Below the pieces are notes generated by a model. It did not search any database and had not been told where the DNA came from. It worked only from the letters and a program-made list of their open reading frames with translations. A DNA stretch of 63,811 bases, filler included, from Octopus bimaculoides (taxonomy: Eukaryota): the NCBI RefSeq assembly GCF_001194135.2. It is 8 parts of 7 records of this genome, joined end to end, with 100 filler letters (N's around TTAATTAATTAA, not from the genome) between each part and the next. Parts side by side here need not be neighbours in the genome. Positions count along the whole stretch, not along the records: positions 51,215 to 61,163 come from NC_069006.1; positions 61,264 to 63,811 come from NC_069008.1; 6 more parts are not named here. One strand, 5' to 3'. This document shows positions 53,681 through 63,811 of this stretch, one piece after another; the first letter of the stretch is position 1; every line of letters starts with the position of its first letter. A program made the translations under genes and the position numbers.

Positions 53681-53759
53681 CAATTTTGGTAAGGTTTTTA
53701 CAGCTGGAGGTCCTTCCAAATGCCGACCACTTTACAGTATGGACTGGATGACTGAGTAT

Positions 53760-53960
53760 TCCTGAGACTGTATGGCAGTTTGTGACTAAGAGCGCTACCC
53801 TTTCGAATTACAGGTACAGTGCACCCAATGGGCTCTGTCCATTTAACTTCAGTCACAAAGATATCAGTTGAAAGAAAATGACTTTTCTTCAACATGCCCT
53901 TCACTGGAATTGAACCCAGATCCACAGGGTTGTAAATCAAACCTCTTAACCATTCAGCCG
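53760..53960 (-). mobile_element. tRNA-headed SINE-like relic
   Basis: Reverse complement head ggctgaatggttaagaggtttgatttacaaccctgtggatctgggttcaattccagtg carries A- and B-boxes. Confidence 0.55.
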
Positions 53961-54319
53961 TCTAAGCTATAACGACAGACAAACTAAAATGTCTGCTGGC
54001 ACTACAGGGAAGCTGAAATATCGATTCAGATCAGCAGATCCAATTTAGAAGAACTGATAACTGATCAAGTGATTAGTTTGACAACCTTAAAAGAGAAGAG
54101 AAGAGGCTTATAAAATATACATTACATGTTAATGTTTAATTAAAGTCATTATTTTACTGACAACAGAATAATTACTGATAGAATGAATAAGGCAATAGTA
54201 GGAGTAGAGCCAAATTTAGTGTAAAAGTTGACTGGGACTTCAAAGTTTTGCCTTTTGACTGGTCTGGGTTGAATGAACAAGTCAAAAGGTGAAACCTTAA
54301 ACAACGATAATAATCCTGT

Positions 54320-54660
54320 CTACTAAAGGCACAGGGCCTGAGATTTGGCAGGGAGGGGAGGGGACTAGTCGATTGCATTGGATGAATGGCAAAGTTGACC
54401 TTGGCAGAATTTGAAGTCAGAACATAAGAGATGGATGAAATGTCACTCAGTATTTTGCCCGGAGTGCAAACGATTCTATTTCCAGGCTCAAGGCCCAAAA
54501 TTTTGGGGGAGGGGAGAGGGGGTCAGTCGATTAGATTGACCCGAAAGGATGAAAGTCAAAGTCGACCTCGGCGAAATTTGAACGCAGAACGTAGTGACAG
54601 ATGAAATGCTGCTAAGTATTTCAGCCTGAGTGCAAACGATTCTGCCAACACGCTGCCTTA
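54320..54660 (-). mobile_element. Two adjacent SINE family B copies (54320-54478, 54485-54660)
   Basis: Reverse complements of the family B consensus seen at 24249. Confidence 0.8.
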
Positions 54661-54704
54661 ATAATAATGGTTTCAAATTTTGCCACAAGGCAGCCATTTT
54701 GGGG

Positions 54705-54849
54705 GGAATGGCCGTGTGGTAAGTAGCTTACCAACCATGTGGTTCCAGGTTCAGTCCCACTGTGTGGCACCTTGGGCAAGTGTCTTCTACTACAGCCTCG
54801 GGCTAACCAAAGCCTTCAGTGGATTTGGTAGACAGAAACTGAAAGAAAC

Positions 54850-54917
<68 letters not shown>

Positions 54918-55100
54918 ATGTATGGGGATGTGTGTCAGTGTTTGTCCCCCACCATCGCTTGACAACTGATGTTGGTGTTTACATCCCTGTAACTTAGCAG
55001 TTCAGCATAAGAGACTGCTAGAATAAGTCCTTGGGTTGATTTGCTTGACTAAAGGCAGTGCTCCAGCATGGCCGCAGTCAAATGACAGAAACGAGAATAA
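54705..55100 (+). mobile_element. SINE family A, full length
   Basis: Same head, linker and tail as 53104-53470. Confidence 0.9.
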
Positions 55101-55391
55101 AATAGGCATGTCCCTCATTAGATGACGGACAAGGGTTTTGCAACGTCTTGCTGATCCACCTGTACAGATGATTTGTTTGTAGGGATCAAATGTGGTTGTG
55201 TTGCTTGACATTGCTTGTCGAGGTGTGCAATGGTGCTAAGCGTCAGATGTCAAAATGATCAGAGCAACAAGAAATGAGGTGTTTTGCTCAAAAACACAAT
55301 ACCACAATACACTGCTCACTTTGGGGAATTGAAACCACAATCTCACACACTTGAGTACAACAGTCATCTATACATCATAATGTATAGGCAC

Positions 55392-55775
55392 AGGAGTGGC
55401 TGTGTGGTAAGTAGCTTGCTTATCAACCACATGGTCCTGGGTTCAGACCCACTGCGTGGCACCTTGGGTAAGTGTCTTCTACTATAGCCTCGGGCTGACC
55501 AAAGCCTTGTGAGTGGATTTGGTAGATGGAAACTGAAAGAAGCCTGTCGTATACATGTATGTGTGTGTATATGTTTGTGTGTCTGTGATTGTCCACTCCA
55601 ACATCGCTTGACAACCGATGCTGGTGTGTTTACGTCCCTGTAACTTAGCGGTTCAGCAAAAGAGACCAATAGAATAAGTACTAGGCTTACAAAGAATAAA
55701 TCCTGGGGTCGATTTGCTCAACTAAAGGTGGTGCTCCAACATGGTTGCAGTCAAATGACTGAAACAAGTAAAAGT
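55392..55775 (+). mobile_element. SINE family A, full length
   Basis: Same head, linker and tail; several CpG-to-TpG/CpA changes. Confidence 0.9.
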
Positions 55776-56744
55776 GTCTATCATAGTGTATATACATTTA
55801 ATAGGCCAGTTACTGCAGTATTTGTCCTGAGATAACATCTCATAAGGACATGCCAAGTTAAAAATACAATGAATATCAGAGAAAGATAAGAATTTGGCAA
55901 AATTCTGCTTTAAGCACTCTAAATAAATCCCCATAACTTTCTAAGTTTTTAGAATTTTCCACAGGAATTCGTACGATTCAGCAAAACACCAAAATAAAAA
56001 ATTTGCTGCATATTTAAGGCTGTTATTTTTAGCACATCCCACAACCACCTCATACCCTCTTTGTTTGTTTGTCAGTTCGATGTATGTATTTTTATATCTT
56101 TCTCCCCATAGAGACATTTAATGGTCTATTACTGGGATCTAAACCAAACATTTTTCCATATAGTCTTGTGAATTCTTGTGTGTAGAATACAAATTTGCAA
56201 ACATTTTTTGACAATTCCAAAAAATACAAGTTATGTGGGAGGCTATATGCTGTGCATAAAGCAGAATTCCACTGAAAATTCACTGAAGCAGTATTAAATT
56301 AAAATAGCCATCTATGTTAACGTGTGTGTGTGTATACTGTTGATAGACCTGTTACTTGAGTATTTTTCCCAAGATAACATCAGTTACAGATTTGCTATGA
56401 AAAAAAACCCCCCCAAAAAACCCATAAACAACACAGAAATAAACCCCAGCAGCAACAGCACCAGATATATTTCCAAGTTTTCATTGATATGTACTTGCAG
56501 CCAGCCACAGGCTCAGATGAAGATTTGTAGCTTATGCTATAATAAAAAGTAAATAAAACATTTCACTGATGTTGCAAAAACCTGCCTGGCTGAATAAAAT
56601 TCTGCTATATGCAATTGAACGAGTATTAAGTATATCCAAATGTTATCTCAGGGCAAATACTGCAGCAAGTGGCCTCTCGACTGTGTGTATAGATTAAGTA
56701 CGATACATAACTGGCCAATTTAATTTAATAATGCTTTAAATGCA

Positions 56745-57100
56745 TACACTTACTTCCCAACCACATGGTTCCAGGTTCAGTCTCACTGCATGGCACCTTG
56801 GGTAAGTGTCTTCTAAAGCTTTGGGCTGACCAAAGTCTTTTGAGTGGATTTGGTAGATGGAAACTAAAAGAAGCCTGTTGTGTTTTTATATACAGATTGT
56901 GCGTGTCTGTGTTTGTCATCACTACTATCTGACAACCAGTGTTGCTGTGTTTATGTCCCTGTAACTTAGCAGTTTGACAAAAGTGAACAACAGAATAAGT
57001 ACTAAACATTTTTTTAAGTCCTGGAGTCGATTTGTTCAACTAAAACCCATCAAGATGGTGCCCCAGCATGGCTCCAGTCAAATGACTGAAACAAGATACA
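56745..57100 (+). mobile_element. SINE family A, near full length, strongly CpG-decayed
   Basis: ccacatggttccaggttcagtctcactgcatggcaccttgggtaagtgtc...gcagtttgacaaaag...ccagcatggctccagtcaaatgactgaaac. Confidence 0.85.
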
Positions 57101-57269
57101 AAATAAATGCATACACTGGATTTATAGAACAAATAGTGAGGGATTATCAATCTGGGCAAAATACTTCATAAGCCCTCTGTTGGAACACCTGGCTAACATA
57201 ATTAGAGTAGTGAAGAATTCCAGGTAACTGTTTGATAGGGTCTATGGTTAAGGTTCATCACTATTCTAT

Positions 57270-57370
57270 ATTGTAAAGAATAAGTCCTGGGGTCGATTTG
57301 CTCAACTAAAGGCAGTGCTCCGGCATGGCCGCAGTCCAAATGACTGAAACAAGTAAAAGAGAGTAAAGAG
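57270..57370 (+). mobile_element. SINE family A tail fragment
   Basis: aaagaataagtcctggggtcgatttgctcaactaaaggcagtgctccggcatggccgcagtc. Confidence 0.8.
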
Positions 57371-58362
57371 TATATACATCTATACATACACAGAGGTTGA
57401 TAAATAGACATGTATGTATATATATATTTCTTTATCAGCTATATCATCAGTAACATCACCTTCATTTAATGTATTTTCCATGTTGGCATGGGTTGAACAG
57501 CCTGACAGTAGCTCAAGGATGAAATCTGTTATGGACTTACTGTGTTAAAACAATTAATATCAGAGAGAAAAACAAAAAATTTATCCTAGCAACATGGCAA
57601 GTCTCTAAGAGGTGTTGCAGGATAAATACTGCAATGACTGGCCCATTGACAGTGTGTGTATACGTTGGGTATGATACATTGATAGCCATTTTAATCAGAT
57701 ACTGCCTCAATTGCATATGCTGGAACATATACATATATAATCACATGTATGTGATAATTTGGTGCAGAAAGCTCTCTAAGAAAATGATACTGAAGAAGAG
57801 AAATACACAGAAATATATAAAACTATATACACACACATATATATATAATACATAAATATAGATACAAATATATAAAACTATATACATACATATACATTGA
57901 TATATAAATATACATACATGCGCACATACACACACACATATAATACAATACATATTACAATAGTTAATACAATCAAAAACACACAAACAGAACAAAGAAA
58001 CATTAAAAATACAAACTTTAGTTTTTTTTTCTTTTCAGTTGATATTACGCCTTTCATTCTACCATGTATAACATATATACACATGCAGACACACAGATGT
58101 ATAACATGTAGATACACATGCACACGCACATCTATAAACACATATGCACACGTCTATACAGACACACAACATATATATATACACACACATAAATACAAAT
58201 ATATAACATATACACATGCACACATCTATAAATACAGATGTATGACATATACATATTTATAAAGTTATATAACATACACGCAAGCATACACATCTACAGT
58301 TATATATAACACACAGCCATATCTTTCTCACTCTCTCTCTCTACACACACACACCCACCCAT

Positions 58363-58393
<31 letters not shown>

Positions 58394-58799
58394 GAAGTAT
58401 TAAAAATAGAATAAATTACAATTTATTAAATTTATTTGTTTGGCTTAATTTTCATTTTTATTTATTTTATATATATATATAGATTATTATTATTTTAATA
58501 TTTATATTTTTTTTCTCATCTGCATTTGTTTTTTTTTTTAATTTTCTCTCTCTCTCTCTCTTTCTCTCGCTCTCTCTCTCATTCTGTCTGTCTGTTTGTC
58601 CCAATTCTCTCTTGCCCCTACAATCACATTGCTTTTAATTTGCAGTCAGGGGGTTTCCCCCTCCTCCCTTCCTTCTCATCTTTTAAATGATTTTTAAAAA
58701 GGTACGTGTGTGTGTGTGTGCATGCACATGTATGTACGTATGTGTGTGAATCGGTAGAGCATCCAATTCTTTAACTGTTTTACAAAGGCTGAAGTAGTT

Positions 58800-59115
58800 A
58801 TGGTGGTCACAAATATGATGATAGTATGTATGACGGTTGTATTGTCTGCAGTGGTGGTGGCCACAGTATTAGCTGCAATGGTTTGGCTAGATTGTACTGT
58901 CTGCAGTGATGGTCATGGTTTGTATTTGGTATGATTGTATGACTGGGTTGTTGTGTCTTCAGCGGTGGTCATATGGCTTACATTACTTGCAATGATATGA
59001 TGGTCAAAGTATAGTTTGTATTAGTTGCGATGATATGGTTGGGTTGTATTGTTTGTTGTGGATGGCATGGCTGGGTTGTAATGTCTGTAGTGGTGGTGGT
59101 GGTGGTGTAGCATGG
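58800..59115. repeat. Degenerate minisatellite (tgtattgtctgcagtggtggt-like units)
   Basis: Recurring tgtattgtctgcagtggtgg / tgtactgtctgcagtgatgg / tgtgtcttcagcggtgg / tgtaatgtctgtagtggtgg. Confidence 0.55.
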
Positions 59116-59626
59116 TCATTACAGTTGTTTGAAGTGGTGCTGTGTGCACGTGTATAAGCATATGTGCACGCATGTGTGTATATATATATATATATATGTC
59201 CTATTTGTATATTGCATTGTAATGTTGTCCTGTGTATAATACTTGCCGATGTATGTATGTATGTATATATACTGTCTGTAATGTATGTATAATGTATATA
59301 CAAGTGTGTACATGGGTGCAGAATATATTTATGTCCATGTCTACATTTTTATGTAATGTGTATACATGCCTGGACGTGTGTTTAGCGTAAAAATATATGT
59401 CTAGTATGTCTGTCCATATATATATGTACTGTCCCTTGTCTATGTGTATAATGCGTACACATACATATTTGTGTGTTGTGTGATATGTGTGTGTGTATGT
59501 ATATATAGATATATATGTGTATGTGTATATATATATACACACACACAATCTAGTGTGTCCTATGCATGTGTGCATGTGTGTGTGTACAAGCTAGTGTGTC
59601 ACATGCATGTGTGTGCACTGTATATA

Positions 59627-59663
<37 letters not shown>

Positions 59664-60859
59664 ATTTGAAAGCTCAATTTGAAGCCGAATACCACACAAA
59701 TATGGCATCAGATAGAAAAATTACATTAATCCTTCATTTCATTGATTCTCGTCTGCAGCAGTGACAACGGTGGCGGCGATAGTGGTGGTGGTGGTGGTGG
59801 TGATGTAGAAGTTCTGGTTGTAGTGGTGGTGGTGGTGGTGGCACTGGTCATGGGTGGTGATCGTCAGGCTGGTCATCATCGCAGTGGCTTTTCAAGTAGT
59901 AGTAGTGGTGGTAGTAGTATTGGCGCTGGTGCTGCTGGTAGTCTGTGTTGGTCACTCCTACTTGCTGATATAGTCTGTTGTTGTTGTAGTAGTAGCAGTT
60001 GCTGTTACAGTAACAACATGGTACAAGACATAGCCACACTGGTGGTGATGGTTACTGCGGTAGTTGTGGTGGTGGTGGTGGTGGTGGTGGTAGTAGTAGC
60101 AGTCATCTTCATGAAGCAGACGCTACAACATGCAACCAATAACCCCCCCTCGCCATCACCGCCAACATCACCGTCGCCATCATTTTCCAAATACAAACAT
60201 CATCATCATCATCATCATCAGTTTGATATCCATTTTATCATGCAGGCATGCACAACACGTGTGTAATATTATTATTATTATTATTATTATTATTACATTT
60301 CTTATAACACAACATATTGTAAATATGATGTAATATTTTTATACAAAAAGAAAAGCCTTTCTTACACACGGCTTTAATACTATGGAACAACAGTCTTTGT
60401 GAAATTAGGAGGGGGGGGGCACTTGGCACTTGTGACCCCTGCTTGCCCTGCACCCCAAATTTATTTTACTTATTTATATATGTATATATATATATGTGTG
60501 TGTGTGTATATGTATGTATATATATTTATATATATATATATACATGGTCGCTTTTTGCCCTAAAGTCACATCTTGATGGCTTTTGTTTTTGTTTTTCTTT
60601 TTTTGTTTTCCTGACACAAAATCAACACACGGCCGGGGCTGGGGGCTGGGAAGGGTGTGCTTAGTTTTGTTTGTGGAAAGGGGGGGCAGGGTGTCGTTTT
60701 CTTTCCTCCCCCTCCCCCATCAGGCATTTCTTTTTCTTTTTTTTAAAATCTTTTTTAAAGTCACAAGACGGTGCCAAACAGAAGGTCACAAATTAACAAT
60801 AATATTAATAGTAGTAATAATAATAATAATAATAGTAATAATAATAATAATAATAATAT

Positions 60860-60894
<35 letters not shown>

Positions 60895-61403
60895 TCGAAG
60901 CACTCAGTTCAAGTTTTATCTTTTGTAGTGATTGTCCTTCAATTCTTGTTCTTGTCTGTTGGTATTATCAGCAATTTCATAAACTGAAGGATGAAAAATA
61001 AAATTAAAAAAAAAAACTTACAATTTTATATTTTAATCATTTCTGTCGTGTATATATATATATATCATCATCATCATCATTATTATTATATTTTATATAT
61101 TATGTTAATATATATATATATATTTATATATTTAAACATTTTTTTTACTGATATTATTCATTANNNNNNNNNNNNNNNNNNNNNNNNNNNNNNNNNNNNN
61201 NNNNNNNTTAATTAATTAANNNNNNNNNNNNNNNNNNNNNNNNNNNNNNNNNNNNNNNNNNNNATATATACATACATACATATATATATACATACATATC
61301 TATACATATATACATACATATACATACATATCTATACATATATACATACATATACATACATACCTATACATACCTATACATGCATATACATACATACATA
61401 CAT

Positions 61404-61459
<56 letters not shown>

Positions 61460-61846
61460 TCAATACACACATTTATATGATTAATAATAATAATAAAAAT
61501 AATAATAATAATAATAGTTTAAAACTTTGGCACGAAATAATTATAATAACAATATTCATATGTTTAAAACATATGATATAATCTAGTTTTGAAATGAAAT
61601 TTGGCACTTTATTCCAAATTCTTGGCAAAACAAATTGACTGGGGTATAGAATTGGTTAACAGTTTCTGAAGTTAACTCCTACCCACCCCAAATCCATTTA
61701 AGATTAATTCCATTGTAACATTATATATATTTTATAATATATACACTCACACATCTGTATGTATATATTTCTTTCCTTCTCTCCCTCTTGCTCTCACTCT
61801 CTCTCACCCTCTCTCTTTTCCTTTCTTCTTCCCTCTCCATCTCTCG

Positions 61847-61918
<72 letters not shown>

Positions 61919-61947
61919 TATATACATATATGTATGTTTACATATAT

Positions 61948-62111
61948 AGGAGTGGCTTTGCGGTAAGAATTTTGCTTCCCAACCGCATGGTTCTGAGTTC
62001 AGATCACTGTGTGGCACCTTGGGCAAGTGTCTTCTATTATAGCCTCAGGTTAAGCAAAGCCTTGTGAGTAGATTTGGTAGACAGAAACTAAAGGAAACCC
62101 GTCATATATAT
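61948..62111 (+). mobile_element. SINE family A head, interrupted at its TA linker by the R4-type LINE
   Basis: aggagtggctttgcggtaag...gatttggtagacagaaact.aaggaaacccgtcatatatata, followed by an abrupt switch to LINE coding sequence. Confidence 0.85.
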
Positions 62112-62975
62112 ACCAAATTGAAAACGAATGAAACTGAAAATAGATGGGTAAAGAAAAGAATGCATGGACAATTTCATAGAGATGTTGAAGATAAGACAGA
62201 CAGAGAAAAAGATGGCTGTGGATGACTAAAAGTGATTTAAAACCGGAAACAGGGGCTCTAATCTGTGCTGCCCAAGAGCAAGCACTAAGAACTAACTACA
62301 TAAAGTACGGAAAAGACAACACAGCAGGAAGTGATAAGTGCAGAATCTTTGGACAAAATAGTGAAACTGTATGGCATATTACCAGCCAATGTATGCCACT
62401 TGACCAGAAGGAATATAAGACACACCATGACAATATAGCAAGGCTTGACCATTGGACACTTTGCAACAAGTATGGACTTGACAGAGCAAAAAATAGGTAC
62501 GGCCACAAACCCGAAGGTATCATCGAAAATGATAATGCTAAGATCCTGTGGGATTTTATGATTCAGTGCGACCATGAGATAGAGAATAGGAAGCCGGACA
62601 TAGTTTTAATTGAAAAAGAAAGTAAACCGTGCTGGATCATAGATATAGCATGCCCAGCTGACAACAAGGTATGCGATAAGGAAGAAAGAAAAGTCGATAG
62701 GTATGACAGGTTAGCTTGGAAGGTCAATGCAAAAGGTGGTAGTGATACCAATAATTGTCGGAGCCCTGGGAACGGTGTGCAAAAATCTTGAGAAGTACAT
62801 GGAACAAATAGGGGCTGCAATAAGGGTGGAGCACTTGCAGAAAACAGCGCTGCTTGGAACCGCTCAAATACTCCGGAAGGTGCTCAAAAAATAAGGGGTG
62901 CTATCTTAGTTCACTAGTAGTGAACAGCTGACATCATAGTACATCTTCAGTGTTAGAAGCTGTGCAAAGGCAATA
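62112..62975 (+). mobile_element. R4/Dong-clade non-LTR retrotransposon 3' end (CCHC-like knuckle and restriction-like endonuclease), 5'-truncated
   Basis: WLWMTKSDLKPETGALICAAQEQALRTN...KCRIFGQNSETVWHITSQC...ILWDF.IQCDHEIENRKPDIVLIEK...IIDIACP...KEERKVDRY...LQKTALLGTAQILRKVL*. A short UTR and then (GAT)n/(AAT)n follow. Confidence 0.92.
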
Positions 62976-62976
62976 G

Positions 62977-63063
<87 letters not shown>

Positions 63064-63477
63064 CGACGACAACAACAATAATAATAATAATGGTTTCAAA
63101 TGTTGGCTCATGGCCAGCAATATATACAGAAAGATAGACAGACAGACAGGCAGAGAGACAGGCAGGCTGGTGGGCAGGCAGACAGGAAGGCAGACTGACA
63201 GACAGACAGATTGATAGACACACAGGAATCTCGAAAGTAAACAGACACCACCATTTTTGAAATAATTATTTCCAGAAACTGAAGTAATGTCATTTGATGC
63301 ATTTGTATTTAGGAGGCACATCTTCTGCATTATACAGTAACAAGTTTGAAGCAATAAATAATGTTTACGCAAATGAAACATACAGTTAGGGGTCACTACT
63401 TATCTTTGATATGTCTGTGTATATGTACACACACACACATACACATGCACACACGAGCACATTTATGGTCAATAAAT

Positions 63478-63640
63478 GTGTGGTGGTATTATAGGAAGCT
63501 TGCCTCCAATCCACATGGTTCTGAGTTCAGTCCCAATGCAGGGCACCTTGGGTAAGTGTTTTCTACTATAGCTTCGAGTCTACCGAAGCCTTGTGAGTGG
63601 GTTTGGTAGGTGGAAACTGAAAGAAGCCTGTCATATATAT
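63478..63640 (+). mobile_element. SINE family A head
   Basis: ggaagcttgcctccaatccacatggttctgagttcagtccca.tgc.gggcaccttgggtaagtg...gaaactgaaagaagcctgtc. Confidence 0.8.
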
Positions 63641-63654
63641 ATATTGGACACTAA

Positions 63655-63800
63655 ACTTGGCTTGCGATGACCTTTTGGGGCAAGCGAAAGCGAAATCGTG
63701 ATGGCACATGTACCAGTGGAGCGCTAAGTGCACCGTTCGAGTGTGATCATTGCCAGAGCAGCTGTCTGGCTTCTGTACTGGTGGCACATAAATAGCACCA
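63655..63800 (+). mobile_element. RTE-LINE 3' UTR fragment
   Basis: cttggcttgcgatgacctt.tggggcaagcgaaagcgaaat.gtgatggca is the reverse complement of ~8010-8090 in the 7552-8943 element. Confidence 0.7.
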
Positions 63801-63811
63801 TGTATATATAT

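Noticed and set aside
57128-57222. Possible 95-nt exon (tttatag|...aattccag|gtaact) with one open frame
   Set aside because: The acceptor lacks a polypyrimidine tract, the peptide is unrecognised, and no partner exons were found.
59742-60266. 174-aa ORF as a host exon
   Set aside because: It is built from GGT/GTA/TGT/CAT trinucleotide runs, which stay open by chance. There is no domain or clear splice signal.

Overview
This is repeat-saturated, gappy eukaryotic genomic DNA. I found no host protein-coding exon that I can support. The dense TA/CA/GA/TATG/TCTA/AAT microsatellites and the recurrent tRNA-derived SINE families look like an octopod cephalopod (Octopus) draft scaffold; that assignment is my inference from family recognition. 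Nearly all ORFs in the supplied track are microsatellite or N-gap artefacts. The real coding signal comes from mobile elements: an L1/Tx1-type LINE ORF2 (9043-12189, -), two copies of an RTE LINE whose RT carries a C4HC3 (PHD-like) finger (7552-8943 -, 51215-52938 +), other RTE and CR1 fragments, a Penelope-like RT relic (~21220-21850), two R4/Dong-type RLE-LINE 3' ends, a defective MULE with TIRs and a 9-bp TSD (34610-36808), and Tc1/mariner relics. The most interesting observations are: (1) a ~430-bp foldback at 27085-27513 made of two head-to-head copies of a tRNA-headed element, each carrying a minimal type-I hammerhead ribozyme motif of the kind found in Penelope-like elements; (2) the PHD-like finger inside the RTE reverse transcriptase; (3) CpG-rich and CpG-poor blocks that switch at the TTAATTAATTAA-marked assembly gaps. 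Most element boundaries are approximate because they were placed by eye.
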